Positions 17,721-34,690 are shown, numbered from the stretch's first letter. The stretch: DNA of 64,000 nucleotides from the human T2T-CHM13v2.0 reference genome, Homo sapiens (GCF_009914755.1 NC_060936.1); one strand, 5' to 3'. The notes: generated by a model from the sequence alone, not told the origin. A program made the numbers and translations.

Positions 17721-20398
17721 TTTTCTAAAAGACGTGGACATTTTTGGGTGGGCGCAGCATTCCATTCCCTGCCACACCTGATTTCCTCCCTCCCAGGTTA
17801 CCATGGGTCAATGCTATTCCTTGTACTTCACACTCAGTAACCCACTGAATCTCTACAACATCCCTGGGAAGCGGGCACTGTTATTCCTACCACCCCCTTT
17901 CTCACATGCCGAAAATAAGTCTGAACACACAGTTCCTATCACAGGCAGCTCCTCCAGACAGCTTTCTATCCAGGTCTGGTAACTGTGCCCTCCTCGTACC
18001 CTTCTAGACTAGACCACTCCTTGTTGGTTTCCCCAAACCCTGCCCGCACCTTTGTAAATAGCACAGGTATTAAACTCTTCAGTTACCTGATTTTAGTATG
18101 CCAGGACCCTACTCACTCTACCATGAGACTTCCCTCATGGCGAGAACAGAGTTTATGAATATTCAGGGCTGGCCTGGCTCATCATAAGTGCTCAATACAT
18201 GTTGGCTACCAGGGTGATGCTTTTAAATCACTACTATGCCCATCTTTCCTCCTCCTACTGCTGCTACCACCCGGTAGGAGATACACACTCTTATACCCAT
18301 TTTACAGACAAAGACATTGAGGCTCAGAGATCCCCTCATAGACACTTGTCAGAATGAGGATTTGAACTCAGGTCTGCCTTATGCCAAACCCAAGGGTTTC
18401 TCCCAGCTGTCTGACCTCTGAGAATCCTAGCCAGGTGATTATTTCCATAGCTTTGTGTGCCCCTACACTGGCTTCGTGTTCTTGGGCTGGCAACCCTAGG
18501 GGGATGCTTCTGGTTGGCCTCCTCCTTGAAACATCTGCTCAGGCCTCACTCCCTTGTTAGATAATGACAGGTCTGGCCAGTGAAGGTCTGAGAGCTATAC
18601 TGTCGGCTTCCTGGGGACCACATATGTTGACCAGGAATAGGCTGCAGCCATCAGCTGCCTCGTCAAGGTGGACCAGCTCCTGCAAGGCGACACAGGTTGC
18701 AGCCACCTGCAGGCACAAGGCACATCATCCTCACTTGAGCAATAACACCCCTCCCTGTGCCCAGCTACAGCCAAGCTCTGACCCCAGGAACCCAGGATGG
18801 GAAGGAGCCTGGACTGAAGCCAGTGCTGAGAAGTGGCAATGTCTTCCACCTTTCCTTAGCACCTGTTGGCTGCTGGAATCTTGTTGGCTCTCCACAGCCA
18901 GCCAGGTCAGACAGAGGAGCAAGACAGGCGGAGCCCACAGAGTGCTAAGTGACACTTGAGAACAGATTGTCAACAACGGATCATTTTTCTGCCTGTTCTA
19001 GTTAGGACCAGGAATAACAACTGTAATAGCAAACTCTTAGAGGCCGCTTAACCGTGTACTGGCCACTGTCCCAAGTACTTTACATGTACAAACTCATTGA
19101 GTCATGACCACATCCCTGTGAACAGGGTCCTGTTATTACCACCATCCCATTTTCACAGATGTAGAAGCTACAGCACAGCACAGAGAGGTTCAGTGACTTG
19201 TCCAAGGCCACACAGCTAGAAATTGAAGAGCAAAGTCAGACCACCAGGCAGTCAGGCCCCTGAGTCTGAGCTCTTAATCTGTCTGCTGTAGTCAGAACAG
19301 AGATGCTGTCCAGTTACTGCACGGGGCATTGTACAGATTCACTTCTGTAAGTAGACTCAGAGATGAGAGTACAAAGCTAGACCAAGGCTTCCTAGCAGTC
19401 TCCCTGGCTCTCACTGCAGCTCACGGTCTGTGGTAGGCAGCATCCGCCGCACGTGTCGTGTCCTCTTACAATTCCCCAGTTCAGCTCTTGGGAGAAGGTC
19501 TGATTGGCCCCGGTCATTTTGTGTACCAGCTATTTCATAGGTCAGCAGCTGGCCAATGAATGGGCTGCACATGGTCATGTGCCTAGTCCTTATCCAATCA
19601 ACTGTTGCCAAGGAGGAGGCAATGTCAGCTGGTACGAAAAAACATGGCTGCCTAGGGAGGCTCTTTCATCTGGGGCCTGGGTTGAACCAGGCAAAGCAAT
19701 GAGGCATAGTAGACCCATTTTCAAGAAGGAACTCAGGATCTTCCCCAAAGCCTGGGCTTCTTCTCATTGTTCTAGATCTCAGAGTGTAGCACCTCCCTCC
19801 ACCCCACTGTTCACATCAATAACCTGGAAAGGACCTCTAACTCTTCCTCTTTCTTCCTTGCTTCTTCCAGTCAGCAACCAAGTTCTGTTCATTTTGCCTC
19901 CCCAGTGACGTGGGAGCCCATCCTCCTTCTATATCTCCACCGTCACCACCCTAGTGCTCGCCACCATGAGACCAAAGTAGTCTCCCTCTGTGTGTCCACT
20001 CCAACCCCCTCCACTTCATTCTTTTCCCTGCCAGCGGAGCAGGACTCTAAAAGAAAATTAATCTGATTGTCCTCTCCTATCACTTCCCCTCACCTTCACC
20101 CAATTTAAACCCTCCAGGGGCTGCCCTTGTGCTCAGGACAAAGACCAAGCTCCACAGGTGAGGCTACAAAGCCTACCCAGCCTGCCTCTGCCCCTGCCAC
20201 CAGCATCACGCCCTGACACGCCTTGGTTCCCCCTCTGTTTCTTCCCTCTGCCCTCCTCCCTCCTGTCTCGGCCTCTTGCACATGCCCTTCAGACCCCCAG
20301 AGATGCTCCTTCTCTAATGGATCCTTGAGGCGTCAGTTCAGAAGTCTCTTCTAGATCCCCCTAAGTCCAGTTCTTTCATAGCATTTGTGATTACCTAC

Positions 20399-20401
<3 letters not shown>

Positions 20402-20435
<34 letters not shown>
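20402..20435 (+). repeat. (TG)n microsatellite
   Basis: Directly visible. Confidence 0.95.
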
Positions 20436-20436
<1 letters not shown>

Positions 20437-20447
20437 CGGGGGGGGGT

Positions 20448-20720
20448 TGTTTGTTTGTTTTGTTTTGTTTGAGACAAGGTCTTGCTCTGCTTCCCAGGCT
20501 GGAGTACAGAGGCGCAATCACAGTTCACTGCAGCCTCAACCTCCCGGGCTCAAGTGATCCTCCCAGCTCAGCCTCCTGAGTAGCTGGGACTGCTCAGTGC
20601 ACCACCAAGCCTGGCTAATTTTTTAATTCTTCTTGGGGATGGAGTCTCACTTTGTTGCCCAGGTTAGTCTTGAACTCCTGGGCTCAAGTGATTTTCCTGT
20701 TTCAGCCTTCCAAAGTACTT
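20448..20720 (-). mobile_element. AluJ
   Basis: Alu consensus match. Confidence 0.85.
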
Positions 20721-20904
20721 GTGTAATTATTACATTCATTCCTGCCTCCTCACTATTTGAAAAGTCTGTTTGGCCCACCAGTGTATCTGTAAGACCCGGC
20801 CCAGCACTGGGCACTGGGCAGAGCTCTGTAAACGGTGAGTAAGTGAAATGGCAGAGAAACTGAAGTTAGCTCAATCCTGCCCTGTGCCTTCTGGTTTATT
20901 TTCA

Positions 20905-21688
<784 letters not shown>

Positions 21689-21827
21689 TAAGGAAGGCAT
21701 TTGAGGTTACTCATCACCTGGCGCCTTCTGGGTTCTGTCTAGATTCTTTCTCATAGTCCAGCTCTTCCAAGGCTCTCAATACCCCTGTAAGATACAATTC
21801 ACTGTCACCTCTTTCTGGATGAAAAAC

Positions 21828-22295
21828 TATTAGTTTCCTGTGGTTGCAGTAACGAAATACCACAAACTTGGTGGCTTGAAATAACAGAAATTTGTTCTCT
21901 CACAGTTCTGGAATCCAGAAATCCAAAATCAGTGTCACTGAGCCAAAATCAAGGTGTCAGCGGGGCTGCACTGCCTCCGGAGGCTCAAGGAGAGAATCTG
22001 ATCCTTGCCTCTTCGGGCTTCTGGTGGCTCCTGGTGTCTTTGGCTTGTGGCTGTGTCACTCCAGTCTCTGCCCCCATGGCCACATGGTCTTCTCCTCTTC
22101 TGTGAATGATGCCTCTCTCTGCCTCTCTCTTATAAGGACACATGTAACGGTATTTTGGGCCCAGCTGGATAAGGCAGGGTAACCTCCCCATGCCGATATC
22201 CTTAATCACATCTGCAAAGACATGATTATTTTCTAAATAATGTCACATTCACAGCTTCCTGGTATCCTTGAGTGGCCATTATTTCCTTTACTACA
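21828..22295 (-). mobile_element. MLT1C/D MaLR LTR
   Basis: TATTAGTTTCCTGTGG..ACCACAAACTTGGTGGCTT..CTTATAAGGACAC. Confidence 0.8.
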
Positions 22296-22587
22296 CTGAG
22301 GCTGAAAGAGAGGTGAGATAGTTTGTCCAAAAAACACCCAGTTGCTCAGTTATAGAATCAAAATGAAAATCCAACTCTTCCAACTCCCAAGCCCGTGGCT
22401 ACTTCTGAGGACCAGGAGATCATCTGCCAGATTGGCCAGGTGCTAGAGGGCCTAGGCCATTCCTAACCTGCAATTTTCCAGCCATGGTGCCTTGAGCAAG
22501 TCGCTTAATGTGAGCATTTTCCTCCTGCAGAAAATCGAGATGTTAACAGTAGCGTTCTTTAGATACTGTAAAGGTAAAAAGACTTGA

Positions 22588-23407
<820 letters not shown>

Positions 23408-23559
23408 TAACTCGCCCCATTCTGCAGCATCCCTATGTGGTAGATGCTGTTCTTATCCCATTTTCCAGATGAGAAAATTGAGGCACTGAGACATTGAGAA
23501 ACTAACCTACAATCTTCTAGAGTGGGCTGCTTGCTGCCCTGTCTCCCACCTGCACCTAC

Positions 23560-23880
23560 TGATTCATCTGCCTCAAAGAGCCTTCCCTCTTTCTCATGTC
23601 TTGATAACTCCTGTTCTTTCTGCAGATCACTGCCTCTTAGAAACCTACCCTGCCTCTTCAGGCTAGGTGTGGTGCTCCCACGAGGACTCCTACAGCACCC
23701 TATACTTCCCCTATTCTGGCACCCACCACTCTGACTGTAATTGTTTGTTTAAATGTCTGCCTTCTCTGCTTGATTGTAACCTCTGTGACAGCAGGAAATG
23801 AATGCATCCAGTTTGTTTGTTGATGGATCATCAGTATCTGCTGTGTATCCAGAAGTGTTCATTGTATGTATGTAAGTATG
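23560..23880 (+). mobile_element. L2 3' fragment
   Basis: Degenerate L2 3'-end motifs. Confidence 0.5.
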
Positions 23881-23899
23881 TATACATGTGTGTTTGAGT

Positions 23900-25155
23900 G
23901 GGTAGATGGATGGGTGAATGGATATATAGGTAGGTAGATAGATGAATTAGATGATCATCTGGGAAGTTTGGTGGATGGATGGATAGATGGATGGATGGAT
24001 GGATAAATGGGAGGAGAGTGGATGGATGAATGGGTAGGTGGATGGGTAAATGGGAGGAGAGTGATGGATGGATGGTGGATGGATGGATGGATAGATAAAT
24101 GGGAGGAGAGGGATGGATGGATGGATGGATGGATGGGTAGATAAATGAGAGGAGAGTAGATGGATGGATGGGTGGATGGGTAAATGGGAGGAGAGTAGAT
24201 GGATGGATGGATGGGTGGATGGGTAAATGGGAGGAGAGTGGATGGATGGATGGGTAGATGGAAGGAGAGTGGATGGGTGGATGGGTAAATGAGAGGAGAG
24301 TGAGTAGATGGATAGATGGGTGGATGGGTAAATGGTAGGAGAGTGGTGGGTGGATGGATGGTAGATGGGTAAATGGGAGGAGAGTAGATGGATGGGTGGA
24401 TGGGTAAATGGGAGAAGAGTAGATGGATGGATGGATGGGTGGGTGGATGGGTAAATGGGAGGAGAGTGGATGGATGGATGGGTAAATGGAAAGAGAGTGG
24501 ATGGGTGGATGGGTAAATGGGAGGAGAGTGAGTAGATGGATAGATGAGTGGATGAGTAAATGGTAGGAGAGTGGTGGGTGGATGGATGGTAGATGGATGG
24601 ATGGATGGATGGATGGGTGGATGGGTAAATGGGAGGAGAGTGGATGGGTGGATGGGTAAATGGGAGGAGAGTGGATGGGTGGATGGGTAAATGGGAGGAG
24701 AGTGAGTAGATGGATAGATGAGTGGATGGGTAAATGGTAGGAGAGTGGTGGGTGGATGGATGGTAGATGGATGGATGGGAGGAGAGTGGATGGATGGATG
24801 GATGGATGGATGGATGGATAAATGGGAGGAGAGTAGAGGGATGGATGGGTGGATGGATAAATGGGAGAAGAGTAGATGGATGGATGGATGGGTGGATGGG
24901 TAAATGGGAGGAGAGTGGATGGATGGATGGGTAAATGGAAGGAGAGTGGATGGGTAAATGGAAGGAGAGTGGATGGGTGGATGGGTAAATGGGAGGAGAG
25001 TGAGTAGATGGATAGATGGGTGGATGGGTAAATGGTAGGAGAGTGGTGGGTGGATGGATGGTAGATGGATGGATGGGAGGAGAGTGGATGGATGGATGGT
25101 GGATGGGTGGGTGGATGGATGGATGGATGGATGGATGGATGGATGGATGGATAGT
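23900..25155 (+). repeat. Compound G-rich tandem repeat: (TGGA)n with GGGTAAATGGGAGGAGAG units
   Basis: Directly visible; follows an L2 3' end. Confidence 0.95.
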
Positions 25156-25832
25156 CTAATCAGTTGTAATAACTCACTACCTCCTCTTACAGCAACAGCA
25201 AGAGCTTGGATTTCATTTTCAGCTCAGCTCAAACCTCTTATATTTGGTAGGTGTCAAAACACTTCTTTCATGAAGACACAAAAACCTATAAGCAAAGTAG
25301 CACTCACTTCTCTGTGCTAGAAAAGACCATATAGGGCCTTTGAAAGAAATCTGGCAGCCACACTTATAATAATAAACATGGCTAAATATTGCTGAGCATT
25401 TATTATGAGGCAATGTGTTAAGCAATGCCATTTGTTCAAGAAATATTTACTGAATGCCAGCTACATGCCCCACTCTGTTCTAAACTCTGAGGATACATCA
25501 GTGAACCAGTAAATAGAAACCCCTGTATTCGTGAGTTTATATCCTCTTAAAGACATTGTCTCATTTAATCTTAACAGTCCCAGGAGGGTAGATGCTGTTG
25601 ATATCTCTTTTCACAGAGAGGAAACTGAGTTAAATAACTTGCAAAAGAGCGCAAACCTTGCAGTAACAAACTTATAGCAGCGGGAGCAGCCAGTGTGGGG
25701 CCAGCCTTTCACATGGGCAGGCAGGGCTCTAATTCATTTCCATCTGATGTCAGCCTCATGAGGGAAATGCTGTTGTCTTGATTTTTTGTTTTCTTATTGA
25801 GATACAATTCACGTAACATAAAATTAACCATT

Positions 25833-26156
<324 letters not shown>

Positions 26157-26474
26157 TCATTTTAGAGTATGCCATTCAGTGGCGTTTAGTACATTCACAG
26201 TGTTGTACAACCACCACCTCTGTCTAGTTCCAAGACATTCTCATCACACCAGAAGGAAACCTTGTCCCCACTAAGCAGTCACATTCCATTCCCGCTTCCC
26301 ACAAGCTCCTGGCAACTGCCAATCTGCTTTTCATCTCTATGGATTTGCCTATGCTGGACATTTTGTGTAAGTGGAATAATACCCTATGTGGCCTTTTGTG
26401 TCTGGCTTCTCTCATGCCGTGCTATGTTTTCGAGGTTCATCCATGTTGTAGCATGTATCAGCACTTCATTTCTT

Positions 26475-26768
26475 CTTTTTCTTTTTTGAGACGGAGTCTC
26501 ACCGTGTTGCCCAGGCTTTAGTGGAGCATCATGATCTTGGCTCACTGCAACCTCTGCCTCCCGGGTTCAAGCAATTCTCCTGCCTCAGCCCCCAAGAGTA
26601 GCTGGGATTACAGGAGTGCGCCACCAGGCCTGGCTAATGTTTGTATTTTAGAGAGATGGGGTTTCGCCATGTAGGCCAGCCTGGTCTGAGACTCCTGACC
26701 TCAGGTGATCTGCCCACCTCGGCCTCCCAAAGTGCTGGAATTACAGGCATGAGCCACCATGCCCGGCT
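26475..26768 (-). mobile_element. AluS
   Basis: Alu consensus match. Confidence 0.9.
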
Positions 26769-27217
26769 TTCATTCCTTCTTATGGCTAAATAATATTCCA
26801 TTGTGTGGATAGACTACAATTTGTTTAGCCATTCCTCTGTCAATGGACATCTAGGCTGTTTTTGCTTTTTGGCTATTGTGAATAGTGCTGCTATGAGCTT
26901 TCGCAGACAAGTATCTGTTTGAACATAATTTTTGTGGTAAATACATAGGCATAGAATTCTGGATCATGCTGTAATCCTATGTTGAACCTTTTGAGGAACT
27001 GTCAAACCTTCCCACAGTGCCTGCACCATTTCACATGCCCAGCGGAAGAAAATGAAAACAGCCAGAGGCTAAGAAAGTAGCCCAAAGCCACATAGCTCAC
27101 AAGTGGCTATGTGGAGATTTGAACTCAGGCAGTCCTCCTGCTCCAGAACTGCTACCCTGAATTATTAGACCGCGGTCCTTCCCGTGTATGTTCCCTGAAT
27201 TCCTTTGGAAAATTTTC

Positions 27218-27510
27218 TTTTTTGTTTTTTGAGACAGAGTCTCTGTTGCTCAAGCTGGAGTTCAGTGGCACAATTTTGGCTCACAGCAACCTCCACCTCC
27301 CAGGTTCAAGCAATTCTCCTGACTCAGCCTCCTGAGTAGCTGGGATTACAGCTGTGCACCACCACGCCCAGCTAATTTTTGTATTTTTAGTAGAGACGGG
27401 GTTTCACCATGTTGGCCAGGCTGGTCTTGAACTCCTGACCTCAGGTGATCTGCCCACCTCGGCCTCCCAAAGTGCTGGGATTACAGGTATGAGCCACTGC
27501 GCCCAGCCTA
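27218..27510 (-). mobile_element. AluS
   Basis: Alu consensus match. Confidence 0.9.
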
Positions 27511-28369
27511 GAAAATTTCTGAGAATTAATTTTGGAGAAAAGTCCTCCTAAACCATTCACATAAAATTCCCCCAAGTCCAGGCCAGAGCTACCTCACTTC
27601 CTTCTCCTTGAAACGGACACTGCTAGGGCCGAGGAGGCGGGGATGGACCCAGCACCCCTTTCTTGCGCCTCCGAGCTGTGGGCGACAGTTATTAATGCCT
27701 CCCTGGCAACTGTCCAGCTCCCTTTTTTTGATGATGATTATTTTATTCGGTGAGATTAATGTGCCAGGTCAGCGCGTAATCTAGCCTGTAGAAAGTGATG
27801 TGAATAGTCTTCCCCAAGATAAATTGCAGGCTTGGAAAAGGTTCACAGCCTTCCCTTGCCTGTCTGAGTGCTCTCCCGAATCCTCATCAATCCTTGTCTG
27901 TGGAGAAGAAAAGGATGGGTTTTCATCTGCAGCGGGGGGAAGACACATTTGTCAGAGACCCCTAATGGCTCACGGCACAGATGCTCTTTGCTGGGCCTCC
28001 GCACCATCCACTGAGAAGGTGGGTTGGTTTTAATATTATAATTATTATATTGAAAGTGCTTTTGCTATTTGGGTCGGTTGATGGCCCTGACGTGTGAGGT
28101 TGGGTGAGCCACCTTGTCTAGGGACTTTGGGAATCTCTCCATTTTCTGCCTTTCTTAATCATCCCGCTGCCAATGCCAATTCCCACGTGCCTTGCAACGC
28201 TGGAGGGTCTGTCAGGAATCCTCATACCTGGGCCTTCTAGGAGAACTGGGCTTCCTGGCCAGCCAAGACGGGTTAAAGGTGGCATTGACTGATCTTCAAC
28301 CTCAGCCCCAAAACCATCACACTGGCCAGGTGTCTTGAGCTGCCACTTGTCATTACATATCCAGATAGC

Positions 28370-28647
28370 TTTTTTTTTTTTTTTTTTTTGAGGCAGGGTT
28401 TCATTGTCCAGGCTGGAGTGCAGTGGCGTGATCTCAGCTTACCACAACCTTGACCTCCTGGACTCCAGTGACCCTCCCACCTCAGTGTCCCACATGCCAC
28501 CATGCCCAGCTAATTTTTAAAATTTTTGTAGAGACAGGGTCTCACTGTCTTGCCCCAGGCTGGTCTCGAACTCCTGGGCTCAAGTGCTCCTCCCACCTCA
28601 GCCTCCCAGAGTGCTGGGATTACAGGCGTGAGCCACTGTGCCTGGTC
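28370..28647 (-). mobile_element. AluJ
   Basis: Alu consensus match. Confidence 0.85.
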
Positions 28648-28667
28648 CAGAAAACTTCTATATAGCT

Positions 28668-30122
<1,455 letters not shown>

Positions 30123-30156
30123 TTACTTGATTCTCTGTGAATGAAACTTGGTTTTA

Positions 30157-30838
<682 letters not shown>

Positions 30839-31086
30839 AATGTTCTTAGGACAAAGTTTAATTCAGCTTCCCAAAAGTACAGGTAGCAGATGGAGAAACA
30901 TAAAAGCGGGCCCTTCCCTAAGAACTCTCTACAAGTCCCCTGTTCAGGGAGACAGCACTGCAGAGTAGAAAGAACACAGCTGGAGTCAACGAAACTGGGG
31001 TCAAATCCTGGCTTCCTGACTTATTCCCCAGGTAACCTTGGCTGCTCTTTTGAGGCTCCCAGCTTCTTCATCTCTCCAGTGGTCAT

Positions 31087-31388
31087 TTCTTTTTCTTTTT
31101 CTTTTTGAGACAGAGTCTCACTCTGTCACCCAGGCTGGAGTGCAGTGGTGCAATCTCGGCTCACTGAAACCTCTGCCTCCCGGGTTCAAGTGATTCTCCT
31201 GCCTCAGCCTCCCAAGTAGCTGATATTACAGGCGCCCACCACCACACCCAGCTAACTTTTGTATTTTTAGTAGAGAAGGGTTTTCACCATTTTGGCCAGG
31301 GTAGTCTTGAACTCCCGACCTCAAGTGATCCACCTGCCTCAGCTTCCCAAAGTGCTGGGATTACAGGTGTGAGCCACCATGCCCAGCC
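31087..31388 (-). mobile_element. AluS
   Basis: Alu match; TSD TCTCCAGTGGTCATTTCT. Confidence 0.9.
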
Positions 31389-32089
31389 TCTCCAGTGGTC
31401 ATTTCTGTCTCTTTAAGGTTATCATAAGGTGCAAGGTCAGGTATCTCATTGCTGGGTGGTTACTAGGACTGGTTGTATCAGAAACAAGGAAAGGCTTAGC
31501 TGAACTGATTTCTCTGAATAACACAGCATTTGACCAACTTGCCATCTTTTCCATGAGGACAGGGAGGAGGAAGCCCTTCCATATCCTGAATCATCTTAAC
31601 TAAGTTCTAGCTCAGTAGGCTCAGCCAAATCCCTGGACAAGAGGTTCCAGTAGGGTGAGATTCCATAGGCTCTCAATCCTATTGGTTTTTCTCTAAGCAC
31701 AGGGACGGGGAGGGAAGGTGGACAAAAATAAGAAAGGTGGTCTTCTCTGACATGAGAACCAAGAGGATTCATGGGGCTTTCAGTGCCATTAAAATCTCTA
31801 CATTTTCCAGGCCCTGAACCCAGCACTTTTGCTCTCAAAGTGGTTTCCCATTGTTGGAGGCATCTTCGCTCCTGGAGGTCATACCTTCCCCTCTCCCCTC
31901 CTTCCCTTCTCCCAATCAGACATCTGTCTATGCTGGGGCAGGTCTGAGTATTCTAAGCCTCAGCTATGGTTTTGGCTGCATAACATTCTGTGTGTAAAGA
32001 CACAGTGCCCCATCCTGGAATAAGAACTTCGAGAAGAGCCAGCCACACTGTTTCCAACTACCCACACACAGGGGCTGGAAGAAGGTTAA

Positions 32090-32290
32090 GTAGTGATTCC
32101 CAACTAGGGGGCTGTGGTAATTTCTGGATCATTTTTAGTTGGCACCATTGGAGGGGGTGTGCTATTGGTATTTAGTGGACAGAGACCAGGGGTGCTGCTG
32201 AATATTCTACAGTGCACAGGACAGCCCTCTACTGCAACCCAGAGTTATCCAGCCCTAAATGTCAGCAGTGCTGAAGTTGAGGAACTCTGG
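32090..32290 (+). mobile_element. MER20 hAT element
   Basis: ACAGTGCACAGGACAGCCC..AAATGTCAGCAGTGCTGAAGTTGAGGAACTCTG. Confidence 0.8.
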
Positions 32291-32457
32291 GTTAAATGTG
32301 TGCCTTATGGAACTGGGTCAGCTCCCCAAATGTTATGGATTGAACTGTGCTCCCCGAATGTTATGGACTGAACTGTGCCCCCCAAAATATGTGTGTTGGA
32401 GTCCAAACCCCAGGACCTCAGAATTTGGCTATATTTGGAAATAGGGTCTATAAAGAT

Positions 32458-32733
32458 GGCCAGGCTCTGTGGGTCATTCCTGTAATCCCAGCACTTTGGG
32501 AGGCTGAGGCAGGTGGATCACTTGAGGTCAGAAGTTCAAGACCAGCCTAGCCAACATGGTGAAACCCTGTCTCTACTAAAAATACAAAAATTAGCCAGGT
32601 TTGGTGGCGTGTGCCTGTAATCCCAGTACTTGGGAGACTGAGGCAGGAGACTCACTTGAACCCGGGAGGTGGAGGTTGCAGCTGAGATGATGCCACTGCA
32701 CTCCAGCCTGTCTATCTCAAAAAAAAAAAAAAA
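32458..32733 (+). mobile_element. AluS
   Basis: Alu consensus match. Confidence 0.9.
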
Positions 32734-32760
32734 GTTATTAAGTTAGAGTGAGGTCACTAG

Positions 32761-33249
32761 TGATGCAAGGCAGGCAAGCCCCAAAGAGGGGCTTAGACTG
32801 TGAGGGTTCTTGGCTTTGCCCAAGAGAATTCAAGGGTGAGCCAGTGGTAGGGTAGAAGAAGGTAGCTTTATTGAAGAGGCGTTACAGCTCAGGCAGTGTT
32901 ACAGCACCGTGACTACTCCTGCAGAGCAGGGCTGCCCCATAGGCAGAGAGTAGCACCTCAGGGCAATTTTGCAGCCATATTTATACCTACTTTTAATTAC
33001 ATGTAGATTAAGGGGCAGTTTATGCAGAAATTTCCAGGGAAGGGGTAGTCACTTTTGGGTCACTGGGTGATGGTCATGGAAAGCGGTGGTAACTCCTGGG
33101 TGTTGCCATGGCAATGGTAAACTAACATGGCATACTGTTGGGCATGGCTTATGGAAAGCTGCCTCCACCCTGTCCCTGTTCTAGCTAGCTCTCAACTTGG
33201 CCCCATATCTGAGCCCCATCTCTGGAGTCAAGTCCCGCCTGCTACCTCA
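32761..33249 (-). mobile_element. ERV1 solo LTR (LTR19-like)
   Basis: TG...CA termini; 4-bp CTAG TSD at 32757-32760 and 33250-33253; minus-strand TATAAA and AATAAA. Confidence 0.8.
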
Positions 33250-33744
33250 CTAGGACGGGCCCTGGTCCAATAGGACTGGTGTCCTTGTAAAGGAGATTTG
33301 GAACACTGACAGGCACAGAGGAAAGATCACGTGAGGACACAGAGAAAATAGCCACCTACAAGCCAAGGAGAGAGAGGCCTGGGAAACAGAACGAGACTCT
33401 GTCTCAAAAAAAAAAAAGAAGCAGCAGCAGCAGCAAATATATGTGCGTGTTCTTTTTACTCACCTTTATATATTCAAATAGAATAGTAACATTCTATATA
33501 CAGCTCCCACGTTGCTTTTATTATCCATCTATCTTAGAGATTGTTCGGATAAATACATAGAGAAAACACTGCACAGTGGTTAAATGCATGGACCCTGGAG
33601 CCAGATTGCCTGTGTTCAAATCCTGTTTGAGAAACCCTCTGCCATTTACCAGCTTTGGGACCTTAGCAAGGTAGTTTGCATCTCTCGCATTCATTTTCTC
33701 ATCTGTAAAATGGGATCATAATAGTACCTATCTGCATTAGGTTT

Positions 33745-34052
33745 TTTTTATTTTTATTTTTTATATTTTTGAGACAGAGTCTCTGTCACCCAGGTTGGAG
33801 TGCAGTGGCGTGATCTCAGCTCACTGCAACCTCAGCCTCCCAGGCTGAAGTGATTCTCCCGCCTCAGCCTCCTGAATCTGGGACCACAGATGTGTGCCAC
33901 CATGCCCAGCTAATTTTTCATATATTTCTTTTTTTGGTAGAGACGGGGTTTCACCATGTTGCCCAGGCTGGGCTCGAACTCCTAAGCTCAAGCGATCTAC
34001 CTGCCTCCGCCTCCAAGTGCTGATTACAGACATGAGCCACTGTGCCTGGTCC
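33745..34052 (-). mobile_element. Alu (J/S)
   Basis: Alu consensus match. Confidence 0.88.
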
Positions 34053-34070
34053 AATCATAACAGTACCTAC

Positions 34071-34690
34071 ATGTGTTAGTTTTCATTTACTGCCTAACAA
34101 ATGACCACTGACTTAGTGGCTTAGAAAACACTCATTTATGAGTTCACAGTTCTGTAGGTCAGCAGTCCAGGTCAGCTTGATTGAGTTTTCTACAAAGGGT
34201 CTCACAAGGCCAAAAACAAGGTGTTGGCCAGGCTGGGCTCTTATCTGGAGGTTCTGGAGACAAGTCTACTTCCAGGCTCATTAAGGTTGTTGGCAGAATC
34301 AGTTCTGTGTGATCGTAGGACTTGAGGTCCTCCATCCTTGCTGGCTGCCATCCAGGTCACTCTCAGCTCCTAGAAGCCACGCTCCAGTCCTTGTACACAG
34401 TTGCCACCATCTTCAAGCCAAAAGCAGAGTGCTATTCTTGTGTCTGACATTTCTCTGACTTCCTTTTCCCCAAGCCCAAGAAAACTCTGCTTTTAAAGGG
34501 CTTAGGTGATTAAATTAGACTCACTGGGACAGCCTGCTAACCAACTAAAGGGTAACTGATTAGTAACCTCAATTATATCTCCAAAATCCCTTTTATCGTG
34601 TAGCCTGTAATATGATCTAGATGTGATATTTCATTACCTTCGTAGTACTGGGCATTAAGATGGGAAATTTTGCTGGGTGCCCACCGCACT
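34071..34690 (-). mobile_element. MLT1 MaLR LTR (older subfamily)
   Basis: ACTTAGTGGCTT..CACAGTTCTGTAGGTCAG..CAAGGTGTTGGCCAGGCTG. Confidence 0.7.

Larger units (their letters stand above)
32331..33382 (+). mobile_element. MLT1B-like LTR: duplicated 28-bp 5' end, split by an Alu and an ERV1 LTR, 3' part missing
   Basis: TGTTATGGACTGAACTGTG start; resumes at 33254 with GGGCCCTGGTCCAATAGGACTGG. Confidence 0.75.

Noticed and set aside
18564-18976. Possible cryptic exon or pseudogene (several overlapping ORFs)
   Set aside because: No recognisable protein similarity and no convincing splice-site pair
23900-25155. CRISPR-like repeat-spacer array
   Set aside because: Eukaryotic DNA; the spacers are themselves TGGA repeats; no cas genes
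24718-25320. MDGW-repeat ORFs
   Set aside because: Artefact of the (TGGA)n repeat
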